Shown piece by piece: positions 28,327-39,399 of a stretch of 64,000 nt of DNA. A program made the position numbers and the translations under genes. The stretch's first letter is position 1. The number at the start of each line of letters is the position of its first letter. Under the pieces are notes generated by a model. That model had not been told where the DNA came from. It did no database searches and was given only the letters and a program-made list of their open reading frames with translations. The stretch spans positions 2,565 through 66,564 of the forward strand of contig DEFJ01000025.1 in the NCBI GenBank assembly GCA_002350725.1. The letters are read 5' to 3'. The DNA comes from Cyanobacteria bacterium UBA2855. GTDB taxonomy: Bacteria; Cyanobacteriota; Vampirovibrionia; Gastranaerophilales; Gastranaerophilaceae.

Positions 28327-29724
28327 TTAAATTTTATAATATAATTGAGGGGTTATATCATAAAATCTGTGCAGTAATGATAGTTCACTTGAAAATAGTA
28401 TTAATATCAGCATAATTATCAAAATTGGTTTTATTTTATTTATATCATATTTACAATTGCAATTTTTAAATAATAGTAAGGCAGGTAAAATTATCGGGAT
28501 AAAATATTTTCCATTCAGCCCAAGAATTATGTTGTTTGTAACCGGAGACCACATAATATACAAACTTGTAAAGGTTATTATTATTCCGAGTATTACCGTC
28601 ATTAAGATAATATATTTCTGCCATTTTAAAAACTCAAAATCGCAATTATCCAAGACGGCAGAAATGTATATTATTAACGAATACAAAATATATGTAATAA
28701 AATCCAGCTTGGTATCTTGCCAGCCGAGTACTCCAATCATTGTAATGATTAATCTCGGTAATTTTATAAAGAAAGTTTTTACAATTATAATTGCATAGTT
28801 TACCGGATGAGAAATTATATAACTTATTTGTTCCATTGGGTTTGCAATCCCCGGATTCATATTTATCGAAATTCCTTTAATAAAACTACTCCACAGCATT
28901 AATCCGATAATTGCAGATATTAATACCGATAACATTATTATTATGTAGTTTTTAAAGGTTTTAAATTTATTTATTGGAATAATAAAGCATAGTGGAATTA
29001 ATAAAAAATATGATTTTGAAATTGATAATAAAAATGCTAATAATAACAGGATAATAAAAGTTTTAAATATATGCAATGTTTCTTTTTGTGTAATAATTTT
29101 CATAATAAATGCTAGCCACAGAAAATTAAGTCCATAAACAATTACATCGGAAGAATATGCTCCGGCTAAAGATAAACTCATGGGCATCAGTGCAATAACC
29201 ATTAACGATAACTTATATAGCGGAATAATCCTTATTGCGAAAAATACAAGCAAACAGTATATAAATAAATTGCTAAGTCTTCCAAGATAAAATTGTACTG
29301 CGATTTTTGGAGTAAGCAGCTTACCGAGTATTATTCCGGGCAAATGACTTATATAACAAACCGGTGAATAGAGTGCTGTATTTGGGAAACTGACAAATTT
29401 TGTTTCTTTTTTATTGACAGAAATTTTTAAATCATCTTTTAATTCGGCCAAACTAACCTTTTTATCAACATTTTTTATCAGTGGTATATACTTTTCATAA
29501 TAAGTTGAAATTGCTTTTGGAAGATAATCCCCGGTTTGTCCGTCCTTTTGGGTTGCGAGGAAATGTCCTTCGGTAATTTGGTATGCCCTGAAAAAATGTG
29601 TAGTTTCATCTACGGACTGAAATGGCGGAAGGATAAGACTATACATTAGTCCAAAGAATAAGGCAATTATCACAAATATTTTTTCTACAGATAAATTTAT
29701 AAAAAAATTTTTCACGCTAACCAC
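28327..29724 (-). CDS. Polytopic membrane protein, DUF2142/GT-C-like (putative glycan-assembly membrane enzyme)
   Basis: About 12 hydrophobic segments. VDETTHFFRAYQ motif follows TM1, as in DUF2142-type proteins. Confidence 0.55.
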   Translation of the reverse strand: MVSVKNFFINLSVEKIFVIIALFFGLMYSLILPPFQSVDETTHFFRAYQITEGHFLATQKDGQTGDYLPKAISTYYEKYIPLIKNVDKKVSLAELKDDLKISVNKKETKFVSFPNTALYSPVCYISHLPGIILGKLLTPKIAVQFYLGRLSNLFIYCLLVFFAIRIIPLYKLSLMVIALMPMSLSLAGAYSSDVIVYGLNFLWLAFIMKIITQKETLHIFKTFIILLLLAFLLSISKSYFLLIPLCFIIPINKFKTFKNYIIIMLSVLISAIIGLMLWSSFIKGISINMNPGIANPMEQISYIISHPVNYAIIIVKTFFIKLPRLIITMIGVLGWQDTKLDFITYILYSLIIYISAVLDNCDFEFLKWQKYIILMTVILGIIITFTSLYIMWSPVTNNIILGLNGKYFIPIILPALLLFKNCNCKYDINKIKPILIIMLILILFSSELSLLHRFYDITPQLYYKI

Positions 29725-29768
29725 ATAAAAAGTACCCCTATTATACTTAACAGGGGTACATATTTTAA

Positions 29769-32273
29769 TTATTTAACAACAATATTAACCAACTTTTTAG
29801 GTACAACAATTGTCTTTACAACTGTCTTACCCGCTGTTTGAGATTTTATTTTTTCGCTAGATAAGGCTTTTTCTTTCATTTCTTCTTGAGATAAGCCTTC
29901 ATCAACTTCTATTTTATCTTTAACCTTGCCGTTGATTTGAACAACCAAAGTTATCGAGCTTGATTTTGCGAGATTTTCATCCCACTTACACCACTGTTGG
30001 TTATGGATAGAACCTTCACCACCTAAATCATGCCAAGCTTCTTCTGTTAAATGAACTGCAACCGGTGACATCAATTTCATTAATGAAACTATTGCAAAGC
30101 TCAAAACAAGCTTGTCCTCATCATCTAATGTCGACTTCTTGCTCTGCCAATCATATATAGCATTTGTAAGTTCTCTATATTTAGAAATTACCGTATTGAA
30201 TTGAAAATCGTTTGAGATATCGTTTGTAATTCCTTTTATAGCAATATGGACATTACGCAGCAAATCGTCATTTTCTTTCTTATTCAAATCACCCGCTTTA
30301 ATTTCAGGAATATCTAAAGAAATATTATCCGCATTTGTTGCTATCAATCGCCATACACGATTAAGGAATTTATAGCATCCCTCAACACCTGCATCAGACC
30401 AATCAAAATCACGAGCCGGAGGAGAATCAGAAAGAATAAACAATCTTGCCGTATCTGCTCCGTAATTTTCAAATATCTCATCAGGATCAACAGTATTACC
30501 CTTAGATTTAGACATCTTTGAACCGTCTTTTAGTACCATACCTTGCGTCAACAAGTTTTTAAACGGTTCGTCAAAATCCAACAATCCGCAATCCCTTAAC
30601 GCTTTTGTGAAAAATCTTGAATATAGCAAGTGAAGAATTGCGTGTTCAATACCACCTACATATTGATCAACAGGTAACCAGTGATTTACCTTATTTTTGT
30701 TAAAGCATTCTTTATTATTACGCGCATCTGCATATCTTAAATAATACCAGCTTGAACAAATAAATGTATCCATAGTATCCATTTCTCTGGTAGCATGCCC
30801 GCCACACACAGGACAAACAGTATCTTTAAACGTAGGTGAAGTTGTAATAGGAGATTTTCCTACCACAGAAAAATCTACGTCTTTTGGAAGTAATACAGGC
30901 AACTGATCCTCAGGAACAGGTTGAATACCGCACTTGTCACAATATACAACAGGTATTGGCGCTCCCCAATATCTTTGACGGGAAATCAACCAATCACGAA
31001 GTCTGTATTGAGTTTTAAACTCTCCAAAACCGTCCTTTACAGCTTTTTCTGTTATTGCTTTTTTCGCACTTTCATTATCCATTCCGTTAAATTCACCGGA
31101 ATTTACAAGAACACCGGAGTCAACATAAGCATCATCCCAAGATTCCGGAGCGCCTAAATCTTTATCCGCAGGTTTGATAACGGTTTTCAACGGCAGGTTA
31201 TATTTTTTTGCAAATGCAAAATCTCTTGTATCGTGTGTTGGTACCGCCATAACAGCCCCTGTACCGTATTCAACCAGAGCATAATCCGCAGTCCATAAAG
31301 GGAATGTTTCCCCTGTGAACGGATTTTTACAATGAGTACCTAACGGAACTCCTGTTTTTGGACGGTCTGTAGAAAGTCGCTCTATTTCGGACATCTTTCT
31401 TGCATTTGCTCTGTATTCTTCAACCGCAACTTTATTTTCAGGAGTTGTTAGTTTTTCTATATCTTTATACTCCGGAGCTACAACAAGATATGTTATACCA
31501 TGAACAGTATCCGGTCTTGTTGTATAAACAGGAACATCCATTTTTTCACCATTTGGAGCATCGAGAACAGGAAATCTGAATATTGCGCCATGTGATTTCC
31601 CAATCCAGTTTGCCTGCATTGTTTTTACATTATCGCCCCAGCCCGCAAGTTTATCTAAGTCTTCTAAAAGTACATCTGCATAATCAGTAATTTTCAAAAA
31701 CCATTGAGAGAGGTATTTCTTTTCAACTACACTGTCACATCTCCAGCATTTACCATCAATAACCTGCTCGTTAGCAAGAACGGTACCGCAATCATTACAC
31801 CAGTTTACGGCAGCCTCTTTTTTGTATGCAAGGCCTTTTTTGTATAACTGTAAGAATAGCCACTGAGTCCATTTGTAATATTCAGGCTTACAAGTAGCAA
31901 CTTCTCTATCCCAATCATAAGAAAGACCTAACATTTTAAGTTGTTTTGTCATGTAAGCGATATTTTCATCAGTCCAAGTTTCAGGATTTGCACCGTGTTT
32001 CATAGCAGCATTTTCAGCCGGCAAGCCAAAACTATCCCATCCTATCGGATGCAATACGTTATAACCCTGCGCCTTTTTAAAACGCGCAATTACATCGGTA
32101 ATTGTATAGTTTCTGACATGTCCCATATGCAATTTTCCTGATGGGTAAGGAAACATAGATAAGGCATAATACTTAGGTTTATCACTGTCATCAGGAGTTT
32201 TGAAAGCACCTGTTTCTTCCCATACTCTTTGCCATTTTTTCTCTATTTCTTGCGGAAAATACGCTTCTTTCAT
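29769..32273 (-). CDS. leuS: Leucyl-tRNA synthetase
   Basis: HMGHVRNY (HIGH) and KMSKSKGN motifs, with the LeuRS editing-domain layout. Confidence 0.95.
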   Translation of the reverse strand: MKEAYFPQEIEKKWQRVWEETGAFKTPDDSDKPKYYALSMFPYPSGKLHMGHVRNYTITDVIARFKKAQGYNVLHPIGWDSFGLPAENAAMKHGANPETWTDENIAYMTKQLKMLGLSYDWDREVATCKPEYYKWTQWLFLQLYKKGLAYKKEAAVNWCNDCGTVLANEQVIDGKCWRCDSVVEKKYLSQWFLKITDYADVLLEDLDKLAGWGDNVKTMQANWIGKSHGAIFRFPVLDAPNGEKMDVPVYTTRPDTVHGITYLVVAPEYKDIEKLTTPENKVAVEEYRANARKMSEIERLSTDRPKTGVPLGTHCKNPFTGETFPLWTADYALVEYGTGAVMAVPTHDTRDFAFAKKYNLPLKTVIKPADKDLGAPESWDDAYVDSGVLVNSGEFNGMDNESAKKAITEKAVKDGFGEFKTQYRLRDWLISRQRYWGAPIPVVYCDKCGIQPVPEDQLPVLLPKDVDFSVVGKSPITTSPTFKDTVCPVCGGHATREMDTMDTFICSSWYYLRYADARNNKECFNKNKVNHWLPVDQYVGGIEHAILHLLYSRFFTKALRDCGLLDFDEPFKNLLTQGMVLKDGSKMSKSKGNTVDPDEIFENYGADTARLFILSDSPPARDFDWSDAGVEGCYKFLNRVWRLIATNADNISLDIPEIKAGDLNKKENDDLLRNVHIAIKGITNDISNDFQFNTVISKYRELTNAIYDWQSKKSTLDDEDKLVLSFAIVSLMKLMSPVAVHLTEEAWHDLGGEGSIHNQQWCKWDENLAKSSSITLVVQINGKVKDKIEVDEGLSQEEMKEKALSSEKIKSQTAGKTVVKTIVVPKKLVNIVVK

Positions 32274-32429
32274 TCTTTATCCCTCTCGATTTCAATTAAT
32301 TAATTGTCCTTGAACAAATTCAGACTAACACAAAGATGCCCTAAAGTAAATTAAGATTATCCTATACTTTAAAATTGGAAAAGATTATTTTCGGACAAAA
32401 ATTATAAAATTTAATACTTTTAAATATTT

Positions 32430-34226
32430 TTAACTATTCACCGCAGATGTTTCTTCCTGCTTTTTGAATTGCATTTCATATAAGGCTTTATAAGCACCAT
32501 TTTCAATATTCAACAATTCTTCGTGGGTACCCATTTCTGCAATTTCACCTTGGTTTATTACAACAATCATATCTGCATTTTGAATAGTAGATAATCTGTG
32601 CGCTATTACAAATACGGTTTTATCCTGCATCAAATTATCTATTGCTTTTTGAACAATTGCTTCTGCCTTGTTATCCAATGCAGAAGTTGCTTCATCAAGT
32701 ATAATTATCGGAGCATTTTTTAAGAACGCTCTTGCAATAGCTACACGCTGTTTTTGCCCACCTGACAACAATACCCCGCGTTCACCGATTACCGTATCAA
32801 GTCCATCTTTTAATGTTGCGATAAACTCATCCAAAAATGCCATCTTAACCGCTTTTTGGATATCTTCTTCTGTTGCATTCGGGTTACCTAACAAAATATT
32901 TTCCCTGATTGTTCCGGAGAACAAGAAATTATCCTGAAATACCACTGCAATATTTTGTCTTAAAGATTGCAATGTGAAATCTCTTATATCCGTTCCGTCT
33001 ATAGTTATACTGCCGGATTTTATATCGTAAAATCTTGGCAACAGATTTACAATAGTGGTTTTACCTCCGCCTGAATTTCCGACAAACGCAACTGTTTCTC
33101 CCTTGTGAATATCAAGATTTATATTTTTTAGAACCGGGACATTTTCTACATATTCAAAATTTACATTTTCAAACTTTATCAAGTTGTGATCTTTAGCCAT
33201 TGGAATTGCATTTTCCTTGTCTCGTATTGCCGGATTAGAATCTAACAAATTAAAGATATTTTCTATTGCAAAGAAAGACATCTGTACTTGATTTAAGTTG
33301 TTTCCGATATTCTTTACCGGAGTATAAAGTAAAATAAGCGCTGTTATAAATGATACAAAATTACCGGCAGTGATTTGATTTGTCATAATCAAATGCGAAC
33401 CGTAACCAATTGCAGCAGCAATACCGACAGACACGATTACGTGCATCATCGGAGATAACCACTGTGTCTTTTGAACCATTTTTATTCTTAGTCTAAAGAT
33501 ATTTCCAAGAATCCATTTAAACTTATTAGTCTCATTTGCCTGCAAATTATAAGAAGTAATTGTTTTATTACCCGCAAATACTTCATTATACTCAGTAATA
33601 ATTGCAGAATCCGCAACAACAGTTTTGTCCAATACGCTTTTAATTCTTTTTTGTAACTTTGCAACCGGAGCAAATGCACATGCTAATACCAAACACGCAA
33701 TCAAAGCAAGCTGCCAAGAGTTATAGAATAATACACATACTAAAGACACAGACGAGAATATTCTTTGTGTGAACACACTCAAGTTATCCAATAATCCCGC
33801 ACACGCCATATCTGCCATATTATTAAACTGAAATACGACATCACCTGAATTTCTTTTGTCATAAAATGATGTTTCGTACGTTAACAATTTCTTGAATAAA
33901 TCAAATTTCAATCCGTTAGTTATTCTCCCGCCTACCCATGTCGAAAGATAAGCTGACATATACTTTAAACCGCCTTGCACTGAGGTAAATGCAACAATAC
34001 CCAAAGGGATATACCAAGGAGAACTGACGGATTTTTCTACCATAACCAAATCCATATATGGCTTGAGTGCCAATGCTATAACCGCATCTAAAGAACCAAT
34101 CGGTATACATATCAACATTGAACATAACGCTCTAAACCATACCGGTCGAACGTACGGCCACATACGTTTATAGTTGATTACAAAACGTTGACTATTAATC
34201 TTATCTATTATATCTGAAAATTTCAT
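32430..34226 (-). CDS. ABC exporter, fused permease/ATPase, MsbA-like
   Basis: Six N-terminal TM helices, Walker A GNSGGGKTT, signature LSGGQKQR, Walker B IILDEATS. Confidence 0.9.
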   Translation of the reverse strand: MKFSDIIDKINSQRFVINYKRMWPYVRPVWFRALCSMLICIPIGSLDAVIALALKPYMDLVMVEKSVSSPWYIPLGIVAFTSVQGGLKYMSAYLSTWVGGRITNGLKFDLFKKLLTYETSFYDKRNSGDVVFQFNNMADMACAGLLDNLSVFTQRIFSSVSLVCVLFYNSWQLALIACLVLACAFAPVAKLQKRIKSVLDKTVVADSAIITEYNEVFAGNKTITSYNLQANETNKFKWILGNIFRLRIKMVQKTQWLSPMMHVIVSVGIAAAIGYGSHLIMTNQITAGNFVSFITALILLYTPVKNIGNNLNQVQMSFFAIENIFNLLDSNPAIRDKENAIPMAKDHNLIKFENVNFEYVENVPVLKNINLDIHKGETVAFVGNSGGGKTTIVNLLPRFYDIKSGSITIDGTDIRDFTLQSLRQNIAVVFQDNFLFSGTIRENILLGNPNATEEDIQKAVKMAFLDEFIATLKDGLDTVIGERGVLLSGGQKQRVAIARAFLKNAPIIILDEATSALDNKAEAIVQKAIDNLMQDKTVFVIAHRLSTIQNADMIVVINQGEIAEMGTHEELLNIENGAYKALYEMQFKKQEETSAVNS

Positions 34227-34571
34227 TTTTTTATTCTGTTCTCCTACGACATTTTCTTTATGACAATTCCGATAACTACATAGTTTTCGGTTTTGAAACT
34301 ATAAAAAACTTACTTTTGCCAATATCTCTTATTCTTATTTGAACAACGCCTTTAGGCTTATGTTGCGTAACAGCCTAAAAACAAATCTATTACATATTAT
34401 CACAAATAAATTATTTTTACATTTTACACTTAATATTTTTTACATACAGCATTGAACAACACTTCTTAAAATATATAACATACAATACCGCGGACAATAA
34501 GTTACCGCAATCTGTTAAAAAGTGACTTTAGTTACAATAATATTAAAAAGCAAAATCTATACACATTACGG

Positions 34572-35522
34572 CTACTTATGAGAAATCTTTTTTCTTCTTT
34601 TGATTTTAACTTTAATCCCTAAAATATTAATAATTTTATGATTCTCACTATTTTTAATTGAAAACATAAATTGTAAGCATTTTTTTATATAATTTATTTT
34701 ATATGGTGTAAATTTCAAATAGTTAAAATATTCATATGCTAACGGATGAATACTATTTTCTACCCATGGTTTATTTCGTCCTCCTCCCGTATAATGGATT
34801 ATCATAGGAGTTTTTAATGCTTGAACTTGTTCTTCAGCGGAAATATATAAATTATTTTCACAAACATCTTTTAAATATAACAATGACGTTACATTCCAAA
34901 TAAATGGCACATATTTAGTATTTTCAGAAAATAAACCATTCAAAATATCTTGATCTTGATATATAATTTTTTTATTATTTTGCTTGTAAAATTCTATACA
35001 TTTGCTTGCTAAATTAATCTCTCTGAGTTTTGCCAAATTAAAAATTAACACACCAGCATTAAAATATTTTTTTATTCCTAACCTTTCAGCATTATCTTTA
35101 TAAGTTTCATCCAACACCGCCCCAAAAAGATTATTACCCAAATCTGTATTATACAAATTAAACAAATCTCCTTTGACAATAATGTCACAATCCAAATATA
35201 TAACCTTGTTTATTGTTTTATCAATAATATCAGGAATAAATAATCGATAATAAGTTTCAACAGAAATCCAATCTCTATTTAACGGTAATTCAGAAAAATC
35301 AAAATTTTTCATATCATGATAAGATATATTAAAATCACGCACTCTTTTTAATTTGGCTATTTTGTTTTTATTGCTCTCCGAAATACCTCCATCTAAAACA
35401 TGAAAATGGAAAAAAGCTTTACTATTTTTTAATATAGAAGTAATTACAACCGCACATTGAGCAGAATAGGAATCATTTATTGCAAAAATTATATGGATTG
35501 TATCATTGTTACATTGTTCCAT
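34572..35522 (-). CDS. Glycosyltransferase family 8 (LPS/LOS hexosyltransferase-like)
   Basis: GT8 layout (IHIIFAINDSY..., YLDCDIIV DxD, HYTGGGRNKPW). C-terminal basic tail ...KIINILGIKVKIKRRKK. Confidence 0.85.
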   Translation of the reverse strand: MEQCNNDTIHIIFAINDSYSAQCAVVITSILKNSKAFFHFHVLDGGISESNKNKIAKLKRVRDFNISYHDMKNFDFSELPLNRDWISVETYYRLFIPDIIDKTINKVIYLDCDIIVKGDLFNLYNTDLGNNLFGAVLDETYKDNAERLGIKKYFNAGVLIFNLAKLREINLASKCIEFYKQNNKKIIYQDQDILNGLFSENTKYVPFIWNVTSLLYLKDVCENNLYISAEEQVQALKTPMIIHYTGGGRNKPWVENSIHPLAYEYFNYLKFTPYKINYIKKCLQFMFSIKNSENHKIINILGIKVKIKRRKKISHK

Positions 35523-35527
35523 TTATA

Positions 35528-36544
35528 TCACCCTTTCCTTTTAAATTTAAACTTAATTCCAAAGATACATATAACTTTTCGATTATTTTCATTGTATAAA
35601 GAGAATATTGATTTTAAGATATTTGAGAGTTTTATTAAAAATTCTTTTTTTAAATATTCATTTTTCCAAGGTGAAATCAACGCATATCTTTTATACACAG
35701 AATTATAATACCTTGGTTTATTTTTTCCCCACGGCTTTTTTGCACCCGCAAAATGAATGATTTTAGGAGACTGCATTGCTGATTTTAAAACGGAATCATC
35801 ATAACTTAAATTATCATATAATAAGTTATAATCTATATCAGCAAACACATTATATTCAGGAGATAAATATATAACTAAATCTCGAAATTCTTGTCCAAAA
35901 ATAACATTCAAAACATCTTGATCAGGCATAGGAGGATTTGGATGCTCCTTAAAAAAATCAAATATTTTGTTGTAAATATTTAATTCGCGAGATTTTTTTA
36001 AATTTACAACATAGAAACCGCTGTTAAAATAAGGATTATTTAATGCATCTTCTTGAAACTTTTTAAATTCAGGATACTCATAACAATGTTTTAAAATATC
36101 TTCTCGCCATTGCATCGCGCAAGGCTCAGGAACTGCTATAAAAATTTTATCTTTATCCAATTTTATTTTAGATATATCACAATTAATTATCAAGTCTGAA
36201 TCTAAATAATAGCATTCTTCAACAGTTTCCGGCAATATATCAAACATTAATAATCTAAAATGTCCCGCTATTGATATCCATTGATTACGAAAAGTTGCAA
36301 TATCAACAAAATCAAATTTGTGAATATGCTCTTCCATAGGAATATTTATAATTTCGCAATCGTACTTATCCTTTAATTTATTTAGTTCTGCGATATCATT
36401 GTCAGTAAATTTATACGAAAAAATATAAAATCTTGCTGTTTTTGCTTTATCTAAATTTTCAAGAACAGAAGTCATTGTAATTCCAATAACTTTTGTGTAA
36501 TTATTATCTGCTGTTAAAACTATATTGATATAATCTTTATCCAT
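35528..36544 (-). CDS. Glycosyltransferase family 8
   Basis: INIVLTADNNY..., YLDSDLII (DxD), IHFAGAKKPW. C-terminal tail ...RKVICIFGIKFKFKRKG. Confidence 0.85.
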   Translation of the reverse strand: MDKDYINIVLTADNNYTKVIGITMTSVLENLDKAKTARFYIFSYKFTDNDIAELNKLKDKYDCEIINIPMEEHIHKFDFVDIATFRNQWISIAGHFRLLMFDILPETVEECYYLDSDLIINCDISKIKLDKDKIFIAVPEPCAMQWREDILKHCYEYPEFKKFQEDALNNPYFNSGFYVVNLKKSRELNIYNKIFDFFKEHPNPPMPDQDVLNVIFGQEFRDLVIYLSPEYNVFADIDYNLLYDNLSYDDSVLKSAMQSPKIIHFAGAKKPWGKNKPRYYNSVYKRYALISPWKNEYLKKEFLIKLSNILKSIFSLYNENNRKVICIFGIKFKFKRKG

Positions 36545-38606
36545 GAGCTTTCCCCCTAAAAATACTATTAAACGAAATTTTTATTCCTAATATTCGAATA
36601 TAAAAGATTTTTTGTTTTCTATTAACCTGAACATGCAATAAAAATTTTCTAAGATTACCATATTTAGCTTTAAATGCATAAGCTTTTTCAGCCATTTTGC
36701 CACTTCTGGCAACTGAGATAAAACCCAGTTGATTAAATTTATCTATACCTAACAATATTTTAAGAAAATCAATAAAATTATATTTTGGGGCACATTCTTG
36801 TAACATTTTCTCATATCCGATACTGGAATATGGAATTGTCCCAATTATATTAGCAGTATCTTTATCCAAATTGTATAAGAAATATTTAAAATAGTCTATA
36901 TATACATTATAAGAACACAATGACAAATTGTTTTTATATTCGAAATCAATAACACGGGAAGTATAATCCTGTAGACCTTTTATATATTGAAAATAGCCCC
37001 ATTTTTCAAGCATTTTGGAATTATATCCGTCTTCAAATACCGGAATTACTCTACCATCTTTTTGCTCATAACCTAATGTTTGTCCATGCATAGTTCTGCA
37101 AAACAACTCAATACAAGAATTATGATAACTTACAGTCGGGATATAAGGTAATTTCAACGACTCCTCTTTTTGTTCTACATTAAACTCCAAATGGAAATAA
37201 TACCCTATAATTTTTTTATTTGGACTTATTTCTGATATTATATTGGAAATTATATCTTGAGTTCGACCGGAGCCATTTATATCAACAAAAACTATTTCAT
37301 CTTGCGAAAAATCTAAATTCTGTTCAAAGTATCTTTGAATTTTTTCTTTCTTGCTTTTATTTAATTTTATTATATAGTTCTTAAATTTAGAATTATTCAA
37401 CAATTCATTTTTTAAATTTCTTATCTGCTTAGACTTAAATTTACCCTTATACTTAGATTTATCTACAAATTTTGAAAATTTTTCAGGAGAAATTCCAAAT
37501 CTTTCTGCTATGAAATTTAAATTAAATAACGAACAGTATTCACTAAAAATATATTCTATATAACTATCCACAGTCTTATCGTCAGGTATTCTCCACGCCT
37601 TTCTGGAACCATATATGTACTTAGTATTTATATTCAAATTACGTTTTGATATGATTACATCAGCAATTTCTTTAAGGACAAATCCGTCACGAGCAATAAA
37701 ATGTAGAGTTTTTATATTTTTATTTAATGCTTGTCCTATTAACCAGTTAACATAATTAAAAAGAATAGGGCCGGCAAAAGAAACTCCTAAATTGTAGACA
37801 TTGCTCTTATCCTCGCTCAATGCTCTTGTAGCTTTTGCACAACCAATCAACCCCTGATAATAATAATTATCAATATTTGCAAATAAACAGGCATTTTCAT
37901 ATGGCATTAAATCTTCAAATTTTAACCAATTTGCTTTAATTCCTTTTTCTTTTGCTATCTTGATATCTGAAAAAGAATTATCGCCATTATGTACCCAATT
38001 GTTATACTCAATTTGTTCTAGTTCTCGTACGTATTCATATAACTCGCCATTATATTTTGCTTTATTATATTCAACCGAAACATAAAGTTTAATATCTTCA
38101 AATATTTTATCTATAGGAACCAATATACTCCTTATTTGTTGAGCATTTAAATACATATCCGAAATTAAAACAACTCTTTTACCTTCGTTTATTAGTTCTT
38201 TTACTTTGTCTATATTTTTTTGAATAGGAACAATATTCTTTCTTTCGGTTTCAAGTTCCAAATTAATTAAGGTTTGAACCTGTTGATCCGTCAAGTTTTG
38301 ATTTAGCTGCAATACTCTATAAATATCATCTAAAGTAATATCAACAAGTTTAAAGTTATTGTATCTGTACGTTCTGGCAAACGCTTCACCTTCAGTTCTT
38401 AATACATAAAAATTTTCTTTTACAAAATATGGAATATCCTGATACGCAGGATTTATTTGTAAAGTTTTTTGCATAATTGAAAAAATTCCGACAGGAACTG
38501 CTGTAGTTCTGGTTATTAAGGTATCGAAAACATCAAAAGAGTATAATTCTTTAGTTTGCACATTTTTTATATTACAATTTTGGGATAATAGTACATTTTC
38601 TGACAT
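36537..38606 (-). CDS. Large HAD-superfamily-like protein of the glycan cluster (689 aa)
   Basis: N-terminal HAD motif I (YSFDVFDTLITRT). The rest is unrecognised. C-terminal tail ...KQKIFYIRILGIKISF. Overlaps the downstream GT8 start. Confidence 0.6.
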   Translation of the reverse strand: MSENVLLSQNCNIKNVQTKELYSFDVFDTLITRTTAVPVGIFSIMQKTLQINPAYQDIPYFVKENFYVLRTEGEAFARTYRYNNFKLVDITLDDIYRVLQLNQNLTDQQVQTLINLELETERKNIVPIQKNIDKVKELINEGKRVVLISDMYLNAQQIRSILVPIDKIFEDIKLYVSVEYNKAKYNGELYEYVRELEQIEYNNWVHNGDNSFSDIKIAKEKGIKANWLKFEDLMPYENACLFANIDNYYYQGLIGCAKATRALSEDKSNVYNLGVSFAGPILFNYVNWLIGQALNKNIKTLHFIARDGFVLKEIADVIISKRNLNINTKYIYGSRKAWRIPDDKTVDSYIEYIFSEYCSLFNLNFIAERFGISPEKFSKFVDKSKYKGKFKSKQIRNLKNELLNNSKFKNYIIKLNKSKKEKIQRYFEQNLDFSQDEIVFVDINGSGRTQDIISNIISEISPNKKIIGYYFHLEFNVEQKEESLKLPYIPTVSYHNSCIELFCRTMHGQTLGYEQKDGRVIPVFEDGYNSKMLEKWGYFQYIKGLQDYTSRVIDFEYKNNLSLCSYNVYIDYFKYFLYNLDKDTANIIGTIPYSSIGYEKMLQECAPKYNFIDFLKILLGIDKFNQLGFISVARSGKMAEKAYAFKAKYGNLRKFLLHVQVNRKQKIFYIRILGIKISFNSIFRGKAHG

Positions 38607-38828
38607 AGTCTTCTCCTTTTATTTTATCGGATTATTTGATATCTTAATAGCCAAAACTGCAATACACCTATAGTACTAACGCAACCAGTTTCAAACAAAA
38701 AAATGGCATACTATACTAAATCCAGATGATTAAATTTACATACTATATTAGGTATTACAACTTTTAGTTTACTGTAACACAACAGGGTAAACTAGTCAAT
38801 ATTGTACAGCTTTAGTTCTACTGCAATA

Positions 38829-39398
38829 TTATGCTTCTCTGACGACTTTACACGGGTTGCCAAAAGCAACAACGTTTGACGGTATATCTTTTGTGACTAC
38901 GCTTCCTGCACCGATTACAACATTATCCCCTATCGTAACTCCGGCAAGAACTGCGACATTTCCCCCAATCCAAACATCATTACCTATTGTAATAGGTTTT
39001 GCATTCTCTAAACCCTTTGCCCGTTCTTTTGCATCAATCGGATGTAATGCCGTATAAAAACCGCAATTTGGACCTATTAAAACCCTATCACCAAAAGTCA
39101 CTTTTGCGCAATCCAATATTACACAATTGTGATTTACGTAAAAATATTTACCTATTGAAATATTATAACCGTAATCACAGAAAAAATTTGACTCGATTGA
39201 GATTATGTGCTCATATTTCCCCAAAAGCCTTTTTAAAATATCTTTACGCTTTTGTTTTTCGGAATTAGGCAAGCTATTATACTGAAAGCACAAGTCTTTA
39301 GCACGTTTTCTGTCAGAAATCAACTCCTTGTCTCCGGGGAAATAATTCTCTCCTGATATCATTTTTTCTTTTTCTGTTTTGTAGATTTTTTTAACCAT
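38829..39398 (-). CDS. Maltose/galactoside O-acetyltransferase (hexapeptide-repeat)
   Basis: Mac N-terminal domain followed by left-handed beta-helix repeats ([31 protein letters not shown]). Confidence 0.85.
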   Translation of the reverse strand: [189 protein letters not shown]

Positions 39399-39399
39399 A

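Noticed and set aside
32274-32429. T-box leader upstream of leuS, or TPP riboswitch upstream of dxs (18549-18749)
   Set aside because: The leaders are short and AT-rich. They lack the T-box (GGUGGNACCGCG-like) and THI-box (CUGAGA) conserved elements.
34337-34367. Hairpin TTTAGGC-15-GCCTAAA in the 345-bp gap upstream of the MsbA-like gene as a terminator or ncRNA
   Set aside because: No U-tract follows it on either strand and no recognisable riboswitch core is present. The evidence is insufficient for a call.
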